Assembly: GCA_031459385.1 (NCBI GenBank)
Contig: JAVKIP010000001.1
Location: forward strand, 288,001-352,000
Direction: 5' to 3'
Source: Candidatus Fervidifonticultor secundus
GTDB lineage: Bacteria > Sysuimicrobiota > Sysuimicrobiia > Sysuimicrobiales > Humicultoraceae
DNA length: 64,000 nt
Part shown: in pieces, positions 1 through 9,386 of the stretch
How the letters are laid out: every line of letters starts with the position of its first letter
Numbering within the stretch: the first letter of the stretch is position 1
Translations under genes and position numbers: made by a program
Notes under the pieces: generated by a model
What the model saw: the letters and a program-made list of their open reading frames with translations, nothing else
The model's database searches: none
What the model was told of the DNA's origin: nothing

Positions 1-1167
1 ATGGTCCAGGATCTCCTGTTCCCGCGGGGTCAGGCGGACCATCGCGGTGGCCTCCGCGGCCGACGGCACCGCGAACAGGCCCTCGAAGTAGCGCCGGATG
101 CGTGCCGCCGCCTGCCCGGCAGCAAGCGGCCGGTGCCCGGGCGGCGGGCCCAGCGGCTCCAGCAGGCGCGCCGGTGGCCGGCGGCGCAGGATGTAGCCGG
201 CGGCCACGCCGCCGAAGGACAGGAACAGCTGGTCGCTGTCCTGGTAGACGCCGTACTGGAAGACCGGGAGATCGGGCCGCTGTGTGGCCAGCTCCGCTGC
301 AACACCGGCAGCGTCGGGCAGCGCCCGGTTCAGCAGGACGGCCGCAGCCTCCAGCTGCGGGGCCAGACGGAGCACCTCGCCCGGGACGGCGAACGGTGCC
401 ACCGTCCAGCGCTCGGGATGGAGCGCGAGCGCGGCGGCCAGTGCCCGCCGGACGCCCGGGTCGGGCTCGACGACGCCGATCAGGCGCGCGGCCCGCGCCA
501 GGGCGTCGGATGGCATCCCCGCACCACCCGGCGCGCCGGTCGGTCCCCCGCTCTCAGCGGGCTCGGTGTAGAGCGTCGTGTACGTCGACGCCAGCGGGTT
601 CGCAGACCAGAAGATGGCGACGGTGATCTCCCGGGGGAAGATGGCGCGAGCGCGGGCCCACCCCACGTCCAGCACCGTGCGGTAGATCGACGCTGCCCGG
701 CGTGCCGCGAGGGCGGGGTCCGCCGTCCCAAGCGGAAAGTAATGGCTCTCGCCGGCGTGCTCGATGCGCGCCGAGAGTTCGCCCGCCTGCTGGGGCCGGA
801 GGCCTTCGGTGTACCGGCGGGTGAGCAGCCGCCGGCGCCAGTAGCGCGGCTGCAGGCCGGGGGCTGGCAGCGCCGGGGTGCGCAGGCCCCGCCGGCCGCC
901 CGGCGTGCTCCGCGCGTCCAGGGCTGCCTGCCAGCCGCGGGTGACGATGGTGGCGTAGAGCGCACGCGCCCGGCGGGCGGCGACCAGGCGCGGGACGGCA
1001 CCCAGCGAGAACGTGCGCCGGCGCCCCTGGTGCTGGATCTTCACGGTCCACGTGCGCAGCCGGATCAACCGTCCGCGGCGCGTGTACGAGGCCCGGGCCA
1101 GCCGTGCGGCCCAGTAGCGCAGGGCCGTGCGTGTCCGGCCCCTGGTACTTGGACGCTGCTTGGACAT
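1..1167 (-). CDS. LuxR/NarL-type transcriptional regulator with two tandem N-terminal repeats and a pseudo-receiver domain (3' end runs off the window)
   Basis: Manual minus-strand translation from ATG at 1167 is stop-free to position 1: MSKQRPSTRGRTRTALRYWAARL...IGVVEPDPGVRRALAAAL...VLLNRALPD...GYILRR...VRLTPREQEILDH (start of a LuxR HTH). Absent from the ORF track because the stop lies outside the window. Confidence 0.85.
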   Translation of the reverse strand, partial: MSKQRPSTRGRTRTALRYWAARLARASYTRRGRLIRLRTWTVKIQHQGRRRTFSLGAVPRLVAARRARALYATIVTRGWQAALDARSTPGGRRGLRTPALPAPGLQPRYWRRRLLTRRYTEGLRPQQAGELSARIEHAGESHYFPLGTADPALAARRAASIYRTVLDVGWARARAIFPREITVAIFWSANPLASTYTTLYTEPAESGGPTGAPGGAGMPSDALARAARLIGVVEPDPGVRRALAAALALHPERWTVAPFAVPGEVLRLAPQLEAAAVLLNRALPDAAGVAAELATQRPDLPVFQYGVYQDSDQLFLSFGGVAAGYILRRRPPARLLEPLGPPPGHRPLAAGQAAARIRRYFEGLFAVPSAAEATAMVRLTPREQEILDH

Positions 1168-1228
1168 CTCTGGCAACTGTTCCGCGCGACACGGCCGTGC
1201 TCCTGCGGTCAGGGGCCCGGCGCGGGCC

Positions 1229-1244
1229 TCCCCCAAACGGGGGA
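1229..1244. promoter_or_regulatory. Inverted repeat TCCCCC-N4-GGGGGA in the divergent intergenic region; candidate regulator site
   Basis: Seen directly, between the divergent LuxR-like and GcvT-family genes. Confidence 0.3.
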
Positions 1245-1374
1245 TTGCGCGCTCCCCGTGCCCCGCCGGGGCGATGTGACGCCAGCCGTGCGCAGCCGCC
1301 AGGGCGTCACGCGCTCAGGGGCGAAGGTGTGGAGCAGGTCACGCCATGGAGAGCTTGGTGTCGGGAGCAGACCG

Positions 1375-3795
1375 GTGAAGACCGACGCGCAGGCTGTGAT
1401 CATCGGCGGCGGTGTCTACGGGTGCAGCGTCGCCTATCATCTGGCGGCGCTGGGCTGGCGCGACGTGGTACTCGTCGAGAAGGGCCGCCTCACCGGTGGT
1501 GCCACCTTCCACGCCGCGGGGCTCGTGGGGCAACTGCGGAGCACCCTGAGCCTGACGCGGATGATCATGTACAGCGTGGCGCTGTACCGGCGCCTGGCGG
1601 CCGAGACCGGACAGGACCCCGACTGGCGCGAGACCGGCAGCCTGCGGCTGGCCGCGACCCCGGACCGGCTGGTGGAGCTGCGGCGCCACGCCGCGACGTC
1701 CAAGACCTACGGTCTGGAGATGCACCTGCTGACGCCCAGGGAGGCCGTAGACCTGTTCCCGGTGATGAGTGACCGGGACCTGCTCGGGGCCGCCTACGTG
1801 CCCACCGACGGCAGCGTCGATCCCAGCGGGCTGACGTTCGCGCTGGCCCGGGGCGCCCGGGCCCGCGGCGCCGAGATCCACGAGGGCGTCGAGGTCAGGG
1901 AGATTCTGACGCGCAACGGGCGGGTCAGCGGCGTCGTCACCTCGCACGGCACCATCAGGAGCGACGTCATCGTCAACACCGCCGGCATCTGGGGGCGGGA
2001 GCTCGCCGCCCGGGTGGGGGTGGTGCTGCCGATCTACCCCATCGAGCACCAGTACCTGCTCACAGGGCCCCTCGACGGGATCCGCCGCGGCCTGCCGGTG
2101 GTGCGCGATCCCGATCTGTTGATCTACTTCCGCGAGGAAGCGCGGGGCCTGTGCCTGGGCGGCTACGAGCGGCACCCGCTGCCCTGGGGCGTGAACGGCA
2201 TCCCCGCCGACTTCCATCACCGGCTGCTGCCGCCCAACTGGGAGCAGTTCGAGCCGCTGGCGCGCAACGCCGCGCGGCGCCTGCCGGCCCTGGAGAGCGC
2301 GGGCGTGCGCGAACTCGTCAACGGGCCCGACGGCATCACCGCCGACGGCGAGCTGATCCTGGGCGAGGCGCCGCAACTGCGCGGGTTCTTCGTGGCGTGC
2401 GGTACGCCGGGCATCGCGTCTGCGGGCGGCGTGGGACGGGTGCTGGCCGGGTGGATCGTCGAGGGCGACCCCGGGCTGGACGTCTGGCGCATGGACATCC
2501 GGCGCTTCCAGCCCCACTACGGCGACCCGGCCTATGCCCGCGCCCGCGCGCTGGAAGCGTACTCGAAAAACTACGTGCTCCGGTACCCCTTCGAGGAGTG
2601 GGAATCGGGCCGGGGCTACCGGCGCAGCCCGCCCTACCCGCGGCTGGTGGCCCTGGGCGCGGTGTTCGGCGAGAAGGCCGGGTGGGAGCGGCCCAACTGG
2701 TTCGTCAGCAACGAGCCGGCCGAGCCGCCGACGTGGGCGCCCCGGGGCTGGTTCCGGCACAACTGGTCGCCGGCCATCGGGGTCGAGCACCGCGCGGTGC
2801 GCGAGGCGGCGGGGCTGTGCGACTTCACGTCGTTCTCGAAGTTCGAGGTGACCGGTCCGGGCGCGCTGCGCCTGTTGCAGTGGTTGTGCGACAACGACGT
2901 GGACCGGCCGCCGGGCACCGTTGTCTACACCCAGATGCTGAACGCGCGGGGAGGGATCGAGTGCGACCTGACGGTGACGCGGCTGGGGCCGGACCGGTTT
3001 TTCATCGTCACCGGCAGCGCGTTTGGCGTCCACGACCTCGACTGGATCACGCGCCACACACCTGACGACGGCTCCGTGGCCGCTCGTGACGTCACCACCG
3101 AGTGGGCGTGCGTGGGGCTGTGGGGGCCGCGGGCCCGGGCGATCCTGGCGCAGGTCACCGACGCCGACGTCTCCACCGCGGCGTTCCCGTACATGACCGC
3201 GCGCGAGCTGCGCGTGGCGGACCGCCCCGTGCGGGCGCAGCGCGTCACCTACGTGGGCGAGCTGGGCTGGGAACTCTACATGCCGCCGTCGGACGCGGTG
3301 GCTGTCTGGGACGCGCTGTGGGCGGTCGGGCAGCCGTTCGGGCTGCGGGCGGTGGGCTACCGGGCGGTGGAGTCGCTGCGGCTGGAGAAGGGCTACCGGT
3401 ACTGGAGCGCGGAGGTTACGCCGGAGTACACGCCCTACGAGGCGGGGCAGGGGTTCTGCGTGAAGCTCGACAAGGGCCCCTTCCAGGGGCGCGAGGCGCT
3501 GCGGGCGCAGCGAGCCGCGGGCGTGCGCCGGCGGCTGTGCTGCCTGGTGGTGGCCGACCCGCAGGCCGTGGCGCTGGGCAACGAGCCGGTCTGCGACGGC
3601 GACCGCGTGATCAGCCGCGTGACCAGCGGCGGCTACGGCTACACGGTGGGCGAGAGCCTGGCCTACGCCTACCTGCCGGTGGCGCTGGCCGCGGTAGGCA
3701 CTCCACTCGCCGTGGAGATCGACGGCGATCGGGTGCCGGCTACGGTCGCCCGCGAGCCCCGCTACGACCCCGGCCACAGCCGCATCCGGGCCTGA
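1375..3795 (+). CDS. GcvT-family FAD-dependent oxidoreductase (dimethylglycine/sarcosine dehydrogenase-like)
   Basis: GTG at 1375 after GGGAG; AVIIGGGVYG FAD motif, TFHAAG, GEKAGWERPNWF, DFTSFSKF, YVGELGWEL, SLRLEKGY and a C-terminal GcvT domain. Confidence 0.92.
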   Translation: MKTDAQAVIIGGGVYGCSVAYHLAALGWRDVVLVEKGRLTGGATFHAAGLVGQLRSTLSLTRMIMYSVALYRRLAAETGQDPDWRETGSLRLAATPDRLVELRRHAATSKTYGLEMHLLTPREAVDLFPVMSDRDLLGAAYVPTDGSVDPSGLTFALARGARARGAEIHEGVEVREILTRNGRVSGVVTSHGTIRSDVIVNTAGIWGRELAARVGVVLPIYPIEHQYLLTGPLDGIRRGLPVVRDPDLLIYFREEARGLCLGGYERHPLPWGVNGIPADFHHRLLPPNWEQFEPLARNAARRLPALESAGVRELVNGPDGITADGELILGEAPQLRGFFVACGTPGIASAGGVGRVLAGWIVEGDPGLDVWRMDIRRFQPHYGDPAYARARALEAYSKNYVLRYPFEEWESGRGYRRSPPYPRLVALGAVFGEKAGWERPNWFVSNEPAEPPTWAPRGWFRHNWSPAIGVEHRAVREAAGLCDFTSFSKFEVTGPGALRLLQWLCDNDVDRPPGTVVYTQMLNARGGIECDLTVTRLGPDRFFIVTGSAFGVHDLDWITRHTPDDGSVAARDVTTEWACVGLWGPRARAILAQVTDADVSTAAFPYMTARELRVADRPVRAQRVTYVGELGWELYMPPSDAVAVWDALWAVGQPFGLRAVGYRAVESLRLEKGYRYWSAEVTPEYTPYEAGQGFCVKLDKGPFQGREALRAQRAAGVRRRLCCLVVADPQAVALGNEPVCDGDRVISRVTSGGYGYTVGESLAYAYLPVALAAVGTPLAVEIDGDRVPATVAREPRYDPGHSRIRA

Positions 3796-3851
3796 TCGGG
3801 CGTCGTCGGCGCGTCGTCTGCACGGGCCGACGGTGTGCACCGTGCTCTACG

Positions 3852-5333
3852 CTATGCGCCCGGCCCGCGGTTCCCGGCGGGTGGGTGGACGGGGAAGCGC
3901 AGCCGTGCTGCTGCCGCCGCATAGGCTGCGGCGTCTTCCAGGTTGGCGTCCGCCAGGATCGTGAGCTTCTGAGTCTCCAGCGAGCCCTCGGCGTGGATGG
4001 CGAGCACTTCCAGATACCCACCGAGGTCGGACGCGCACAGGTCGCGGACGAGGTTCATCAGGCGCAGACGCTGCTCGCCGTCCCATCCGCTCCGCCCCTG
4101 GAGGTAGGGCTCTACCAGGCGGCGGACGGCCGGATTCCGCCAGTCATCTTCTGACGGCCCGGTCACCACAAGACCGCCGGCGATGTCCTGGACGTCGCGC
4201 ACCGCCTCGTGGTAGCCGCGGGCGAAGTGGTACTTCGCCACGTTGGTGAGGACGACGTCGGGGACGGCGACGCCGTCCCGCACCCGGCAGGCCGTGGCGG
4301 CCGCCGTCGTCAACCCCGTGACGGTGTGGAGGTACATGGCCAGACGGGCCAGCTTGTCCCGGACATGCGGCGCGCCAGCGATGCCGTTGGCATCCGCGGC
4401 GAGCGCTGCGGCCCCCAGGAGGAGCTCCAGGAGCGGGGGTTTGTACGCGATGGCCGTGAACCGGTGAAACTCCACAAACGTCCTGGCCAGCTGGCCGGCG
4501 AACTGCCACTGGCCGTCGAGGAAGACCCGGTCGGTGGGCACGAACACGTTGTCGAAGATCGTGAGCGACTCCGTCAGGGAGTACCGGCTGCTCAGCGGAT
4601 TGTCGAACTCGCTGGTCGCGCCAAACCCCCGGGGGCTCGCCACCATAGTCAGGCCGGGGGTGTCGGCCGGGATCGCAAAGGCCACGGCGTAGTCTGCGTC
4701 GGCCTCGCCCAGCGCCCGTGTCGGCAGCACCACGATCTCGTTGCTGAAGACGGCATTGGTCGTATGGGCCTTGGCGCCGCGCACCACGATGCCGTCCCGT
4801 CGGCGTTCCACCACGCGCACGTACAGGTCCGGGTGTGGCTGCTCGCTCGGGCGGCGCGCGCGGTCCCCCTTGACGTCAGTCTGCGCCACCGCCATGGCCA
4901 GGTCGCCGTCGCGGCAGTGCCTGTGAAAGGCCCGCACGCGGGGCAGGAACTGTGTGCCGAGTTCCCGATCCATGGCGGCGGTTACCACCGTCAGGGCGAA
5001 CAGGGCGTCCGTGCCGATCTCCTTGATCAGCGGGACGAACGACCAGGCCGCGCGTGTCACGGTGGTGATCAGCCGGCTGCGCAGTTGCAGATCGTGCGGG
5101 CTGCGCGGGATGCAGAAGTACCGGCTGACCGGTCGACCGTCCTCGGGGTCGTCGGTGACGGCCAGGGGCCGGACCGCGGGGTCTTCCGCCAGGCGGAAGT
5201 CCACCGTCAGGTGCTGCGCGCCGCGCCCCAGATGCGGATGGGTGGTGACGTCCGCCACCGCTTCGCCGCGGTAAAACACCTGTCGGCCGTCTCGCAGGCT
5301 CGCCAGGTACTGCTCGGGTGATCGCAGACCCAT
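3852..5333 (-). CDS. HpaB/AbfD-family flavoprotein (4-hydroxybutyryl-CoA dehydratase-like, lacking the Fe-S cysteines)
   Basis: MGLRSPEQYLASLRDGRQVFYRGE; AQTDVKGDRARRPSEQ; DGIVVRGAKAHTT; FDNVFVP; IHAEGS. GAGGTGG RBS before ATG 5333. Confidence 0.85.
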   Translation of the reverse strand: MGLRSPEQYLASLRDGRQVFYRGEAVADVTTHPHLGRGAQHLTVDFRLAEDPAVRPLAVTDDPEDGRPVSRYFCIPRSPHDLQLRSRLITTVTRAAWSFVPLIKEIGTDALFALTVVTAAMDRELGTQFLPRVRAFHRHCRDGDLAMAVAQTDVKGDRARRPSEQPHPDLYVRVVERRRDGIVVRGAKAHTTNAVFSNEIVVLPTRALGEADADYAVAFAIPADTPGLTMVASPRGFGATSEFDNPLSSRYSLTESLTIFDNVFVPTDRVFLDGQWQFAGQLARTFVEFHRFTAIAYKPPLLELLLGAAALAADANGIAGAPHVRDKLARLAMYLHTVTGLTTAAATACRVRDGVAVPDVVLTNVAKYHFARGYHEAVRDVQDIAGGLVVTGPSEDDWRNPAVRRLVEPYLQGRSGWDGEQRLRLMNLVRDLCASDLGGYLEVLAIHAEGSLETQKLTILADANLEDAAAYAAAAARLRFPVHPPAGNRGPGA

Positions 5334-5393
5334 GGTGTCCACCTCGCTCTCAGGCGACATAGTGGTCGCCCGGTGCTGCGCGCGTGCGTGTGT

Positions 5394-6701
5394 TCAGATC
5401 AGGCGGCGTGGCAGCGGCACCGGCCCCGCAGTGAAGCGGGCCAGCCGAAAGGCGGTAATCTCGTGCCGCGTGTGTCCCTCGAGCGCGAGATCGGCCAGGA
5501 TCGTGCCCAGCGCCGGGCCCAGGGCCAGCCCGTGGCCGCTCAAGCCGGCGGCCAGGGTGACGCCGTCCGGCCTGACCCGGTCGACGACAGGCAGGCCGTC
5601 GGGTGACAGGTCGATGAAGCCGGCCCAGCGCCGCGTGACGGCCGCGTCCGCTAGCGGCGGAATCCGGGCCTGGAGCGCCGCGAACGCCCGGTCCAGCAGC
5701 ATACGGTCCGGAACCGGCTCGAGGCCCACCGGAATCTGAGGCGCGCCACCGCGCAGGGCCCCACGCACCTCGCGCGCCACCTGCCGAACGTCGACGCGCA
5801 GGGCCACCTGCTGCCTGTAGGCCCAGTACCGCGGCAGCCAGAGGCGCAACGTCCGCAAGTCCTCGAGGGAGACGAGGTGGCCGACGCGGGCGTTGAGCCC
5901 TGCACCGAAGACCACTTTACCATCGGGCCGCTGGCGGCAGCTGTAGGATGCCGCCCGCACGGTGGCCCGAAACAGCGGGGGTACTCCAGAGCTTTCCGCG
6001 TTGCTGTAGATTAGGGTCTTGATCGGGATAGAGACTCCCAGCGGGGCGAGCAGCGCTGGCGTCCAGACGCCGGCTGCAACCACCACCGCCCGGGTCCGCA
6101 CGGCACCCCGGTCGGTGACCACCGCCTCAGCCGCCCCGTTGATCGCCTCGATGCCCAGCGCCCGCGTCCGTACGGCAAACACTGCGCCGTGCCGGATCGC
6201 GGCCCGCGCATAGGCCGCGACGGCCTTGCCGGGGTTGCAGTGCGCGTCGCGAGGGCTGTACAGCCCCGCCACGATCCTTCCAGCCCATCCCGGGAGCAGA
6301 TCGCGCACCTGGGCCGGGGTCAGCAGCCGAACGTCCTCGAGACCAGCGTCGCGGGCGTGCTGCAGGTGCGTCCGGAGCAGCTCGACCTCGTCGTCGCGTT
6401 CGGCCACGTAGAGGTTCCCACCTTGCACGAACTCGAAGTCGTCTTCGAGGTCCCGCGCTGCCCGGGCCCACAGATCCAGCGCGCTCATGGCCAGCGGCAG
6501 TTCGGCCGGGTGCCGCCCGTGCACGCGCAGGCTGCCGAAGCTGCGCCCAGATCCCTCCGGTGCAACCGTCCCTTCCTTCTCCACGACGAGAACCGCCGCC
6601 CCGCGCCGCGCCGCTTCGACAGCGCAGGCGCAGCCGCAGATGCCTGCGCCGATGACGACCAGATCCGCGCGGGTGGGAAGCTGCGGGCCCCGGGCGTTCA
6701 C
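5394..6701 (-). CDS. FAD-dependent oxidoreductase, DAO/glycine oxidase family
   Basis: DLVVIGAGICG, EGSGRSFG, WAGFIDLSPDGLP, SGHGLALGP; GTGA overlap with the upstream stop. Confidence 0.88.
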   Translation of the reverse strand: MNARGPQLPTRADLVVIGAGICGCACAVEAARRGAAVLVVEKEGTVAPEGSGRSFGSLRVHGRHPAELPLAMSALDLWARAARDLEDDFEFVQGGNLYVAERDDEVELLRTHLQHARDAGLEDVRLLTPAQVRDLLPGWAGRIVAGLYSPRDAHCNPGKAVAAYARAAIRHGAVFAVRTRALGIEAINGAAEAVVTDRGAVRTRAVVVAAGVWTPALLAPLGVSIPIKTLIYSNAESSGVPPLFRATVRAASYSCRQRPDGKVVFGAGLNARVGHLVSLEDLRTLRLWLPRYWAYRQQVALRVDVRQVAREVRGALRGGAPQIPVGLEPVPDRMLLDRAFAALQARIPPLADAAVTRRWAGFIDLSPDGLPVVDRVRPDGVTLAAGLSGHGLALGPALGTILADLALEGHTRHEITAFRLARFTAGPVPLPRRLI

Positions 6702-8248
6702 CGCGGCTGGCGTCGGTCCCACGCGGCCTCCACGCTGCGGTCCAGGCGCTCCTTCTGCACCTTTCCGGTGCCCGGGACGCGTGGGAGGGGCTGGATGCGG
6801 TAGTAGCGAGGGACCATGAAGTCGGCGATCTTCCCGGCGAGGAACCGTACGAGATCGGCCGGATCGAGCACGTGACCGTCGCGGGGTTCGAGGATCGCCA
6901 GGATCTCCTGGTCGGCGATCTCGCCCGCCACGCCCACGACCGCGCAGTCGTGGACGGCGGGGTGCGTACGAATGAGGGTCTCAAGCTCGTCGATGTGGAC
7001 GAACTCTCCGCGCACGCGGATGCTGTCCGCCGCGCGGCCAAGGAAGTGGAGCTCGCCCCGCTCATCGAAGAAGCCCAAGTCCCCGGTGTGGAACCAGAGG
7101 TTCCTGAAGGACTGCAGCGTTCGCTCGGGCATGTTGAAGTAGCCGTCGAAGATCACGTGCGGACGCTTGGGCCTGACCACGATCTCGCCGATCTCGCCCG
7201 CACTGCGCAGTTCGTCGTGCTGGTCCACGATGCCCACCTCTATGTCATCCCGCGGTCGTCCGGTGATGGAGGAGAGCGGTTCGGTGACGCCAAGGCCGAC
7301 TGGTAGCGGCTGACGGAAGACGCGGCCTGTGGTGATCCCTCCTGCTTCCGTGGAGCCGTACACGGTAGCCATGGCGGGGATGTCGAAACGCTCCATGAAC
7401 TCGCGGTCCGCCGGAAACGCCAGCCGAACCCGGTGGGAGGGCACACTCGTGCCCGGGGGCTGCTTCTTGAGCACGCCCAGCGGCCAGAGGTGGAGGATGA
7501 CCACGGTGGCGCCGTAGTGCGCCACCTCGTCCCAGAACCGTGACGCGCTGAACCGCTCGGGGATGACGAGACGGCACCCGGCGGCCAGCGCGCCCATAAC
7601 CGCGTAGTGGGGGTTGATGTGGAAGAGGGGGAGCGGGTTGTAGACGACGTCGGCCGGCGTCAGCTGAAAGACAGCTCTGGCCGCCTGCGCCAGGGCGAGG
7701 TAGTAGCGATGACTCAGCAGGCAGAGCTTGGCAGGGCCCGTGGTGCCCGACGTATGCGGGAGCGACATCCCGTCGCGGCCGGTGAGGTCTACCGGTGGCG
7801 CCGGCTGCCCATCGTAGGCCGCCAGCAGTCGGTGCAGCCCGTGCTCCTGACCCTCAGGGGGCGCAGGGTGCCAGACTACCGTTTCCAGCGCGGTGCCCTG
7901 CGCGGCGTGCTCCAGATGGGTGGCCAGCGCCGCATCGGCCACGGCCAGCCGCGCACCCGAGAGGCGGAGCAGGTGCGAGAGCCCGGCCCCCACGAGTCCG
8001 GTGTTGATCATGACAGCCCTGGCCCCACACTTGACGAGCCCGAACCACGCGTAGAGGTAGGCCGGGTGGTTGGGAAGCAGTAGCACGACGTTGTCACCGG
8101 GACGGATTCCGAGATCGGCGAATGCGCACGCCAGGGCGTTGACCCGGCGATCGAACAGCTCGAACGTAATGATCTCGTTTTGGAAGAGGAGAAAGGGGTC
8201 AGAGGCGTGCCGGTGTACGACACTCTCCAGCCACGTGCGGAAGTTCAC
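6698..8248 (-). CDS. Acyl-CoA ligase, CaiC-like AMP-binding enzyme
   Basis: HTSGTTGPAK, PLPLFHIN, YGSTE, WFHTGDLG, TGKVQK motifs. Confidence 0.9.
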   Translation of the reverse strand: MNFRTWLESVVHRHASDPFLLFQNEIITFELFDRRVNALACAFADLGIRPGDNVVLLLPNHPAYLYAWFGLVKCGARAVMINTGLVGAGLSHLLRLSGARLAVADAALATHLEHAAQGTALETVVWHPAPPEGQEHGLHRLLAAYDGQPAPPVDLTGRDGMSLPHTSGTTGPAKLCLLSHRYYLALAQAARAVFQLTPADVVYNPLPLFHINPHYAVMGALAAGCRLVIPERFSASRFWDEVAHYGATVVILHLWPLGVLKKQPPGTSVPSHRVRLAFPADREFMERFDIPAMATVYGSTEAGGITTGRVFRQPLPVGLGVTEPLSSITGRPRDDIEVGIVDQHDELRSAGEIGEIVVRPKRPHVIFDGYFNMPERTLQSFRNLWFHTGDLGFFDERGELHFLGRAADSIRVRGEFVHIDELETLIRTHPAVHDCAVVGVAGEIADQEILAILEPRDGHVLDPADLVRFLAGKIADFMVPRYYRIQPLPRVPGTGKVQKERLDRSVEAAWDRRQPR

Positions 8249-9375
8249 GGCGCGAGCTCTTCCTCCTTGCCGAGAATAGCCCGGGCGATCAGGTTCCGCA
8301 TGATCTCAGCGGTACCGCCCCCGATCTGCGCGGCCTTCACGTCCCGCCAGTAGAGTTCGAAAGGCTGTGTGCGGTAGGCGCCATGGCTGCCCGTGATCTG
8401 CAGGGCCTTCGACGTGATCTCCTCCGCAAACTCGGCGGCCAGGAGCTTGCACATCGCCGTTTCCTTCATGTGCTCCTGACCCCGGTCGTGCTGCCAGGCA
8501 ACGTAGTTGCGCATGATGGTCACAGCCTCCAGCTTGGCAGCCAGGTCGGCCACGATCCATCGGATACCCTGGAAGTCCTTGACGAGCCGCCTGCCTACCC
8601 GCCGGTGCGAGATGTACGTGGTGGCGTCTTCGAGCGCCGCCCGAGCCACGCCGATGAAGTGCGACGCGTTCCCGATCCGGCTGAGGTTGAACGTGGTGAA
8701 GAAGACGTCGTAGGCGCGGCCTTCCGGCCCCAGGCGGCTGGAGACAGGCAGCCGGCAGTCTTCGAACCGCACGTCGTAGATCGGGTGGGCGCGGTAACCG
8801 ATGGGGTCCTGCTTGGTGAACGTCACGCCGGGCGTCCCGGCCTCCATGAGGAACGCCGTCAGCCCCTCTGCAGTCTTCGCGAACACCGCCATGAGGTCTG
8901 CGTCGGCCGCCAGGTTGACGTGGCTCTTAGTGCCGTTCACCACGTACCACGGACCATCACGCACGGCCGTGCTCTCCACGGTGCGCAGCGTGGAGCCGGC
9001 TGCCGGCTCGGAGATGGCCTCGGCGGCGACCCAGCGGCCGTCGGACAAGCGAGGAAGGTAGCGCGCCTGTTGCTCGGGCGTGCCGAAGTCGAGAATCATC
9101 TTCTCGACCTGCACGTTGATCTGCGGTGTCGGCGCGCAGGCGGCGGCCAGTTCCTCGATGATCAGGGCGTACTCAACAGCTCCGCCGCCGAGTCCGCCGT
9201 GTTCGCGCGGGACGATGGGCCCCGCCCACCGTCGCTCGCCGATCGCGCGAAAGAGTTCACGGTCGAGGACGTTGGCCCGGTCCAGCTCCAGCGCGCGGGG
9301 CCGCGCGGTGGTCTGCGCGAACGCCCGGACTTCCTGCTGGAGGTGTTCCTGCGCTGGGGTCAGGCTATACGGCAT
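8245..9375 (-). CDS. Acyl-CoA dehydrogenase-family flavoprotein (atypical active site)
   Basis: AISEPAAGS, VNGTKSH, FEDCRLP, KDFQGIRW, WRDVKAAQIGGGTAEIMR; start at MPYSL (9375). Confidence 0.9.
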   Translation of the reverse strand: MPYSLTPAQEHLQQEVRAFAQTTARPRALELDRANVLDRELFRAIGERRWAGPIVPREHGGLGGGAVEYALIIEELAAACAPTPQINVQVEKMILDFGTPEQQARYLPRLSDGRWVAAEAISEPAAGSTLRTVESTAVRDGPWYVVNGTKSHVNLAADADLMAVFAKTAEGLTAFLMEAGTPGVTFTKQDPIGYRAHPIYDVRFEDCRLPVSSRLGPEGRAYDVFFTTFNLSRIGNASHFIGVARAALEDATTYISHRRVGRRLVKDFQGIRWIVADLAAKLEAVTIMRNYVAWQHDRGQEHMKETAMCKLLAAEFAEEITSKALQITGSHGAYRTQPFELYWRDVKAAQIGGGTAEIMRNLIARAILGKEEELAP

Positions 9376-9386
9376 CGGCGGCGGTC

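Noticed and set aside
1..1374. 458-residue N-terminal extension making a 1264-aa GcvT fusion
   Set aside because: It is the in-register antisense shadow of the minus-strand regulator; the true start is GTG 1375 with an RBS.
3804..3832. GC hairpin between convergent genes as a terminator (similar one near 48921-48943)
   Set aside because: Imperfect stem, no U-tract, and expected by chance at this GC content.
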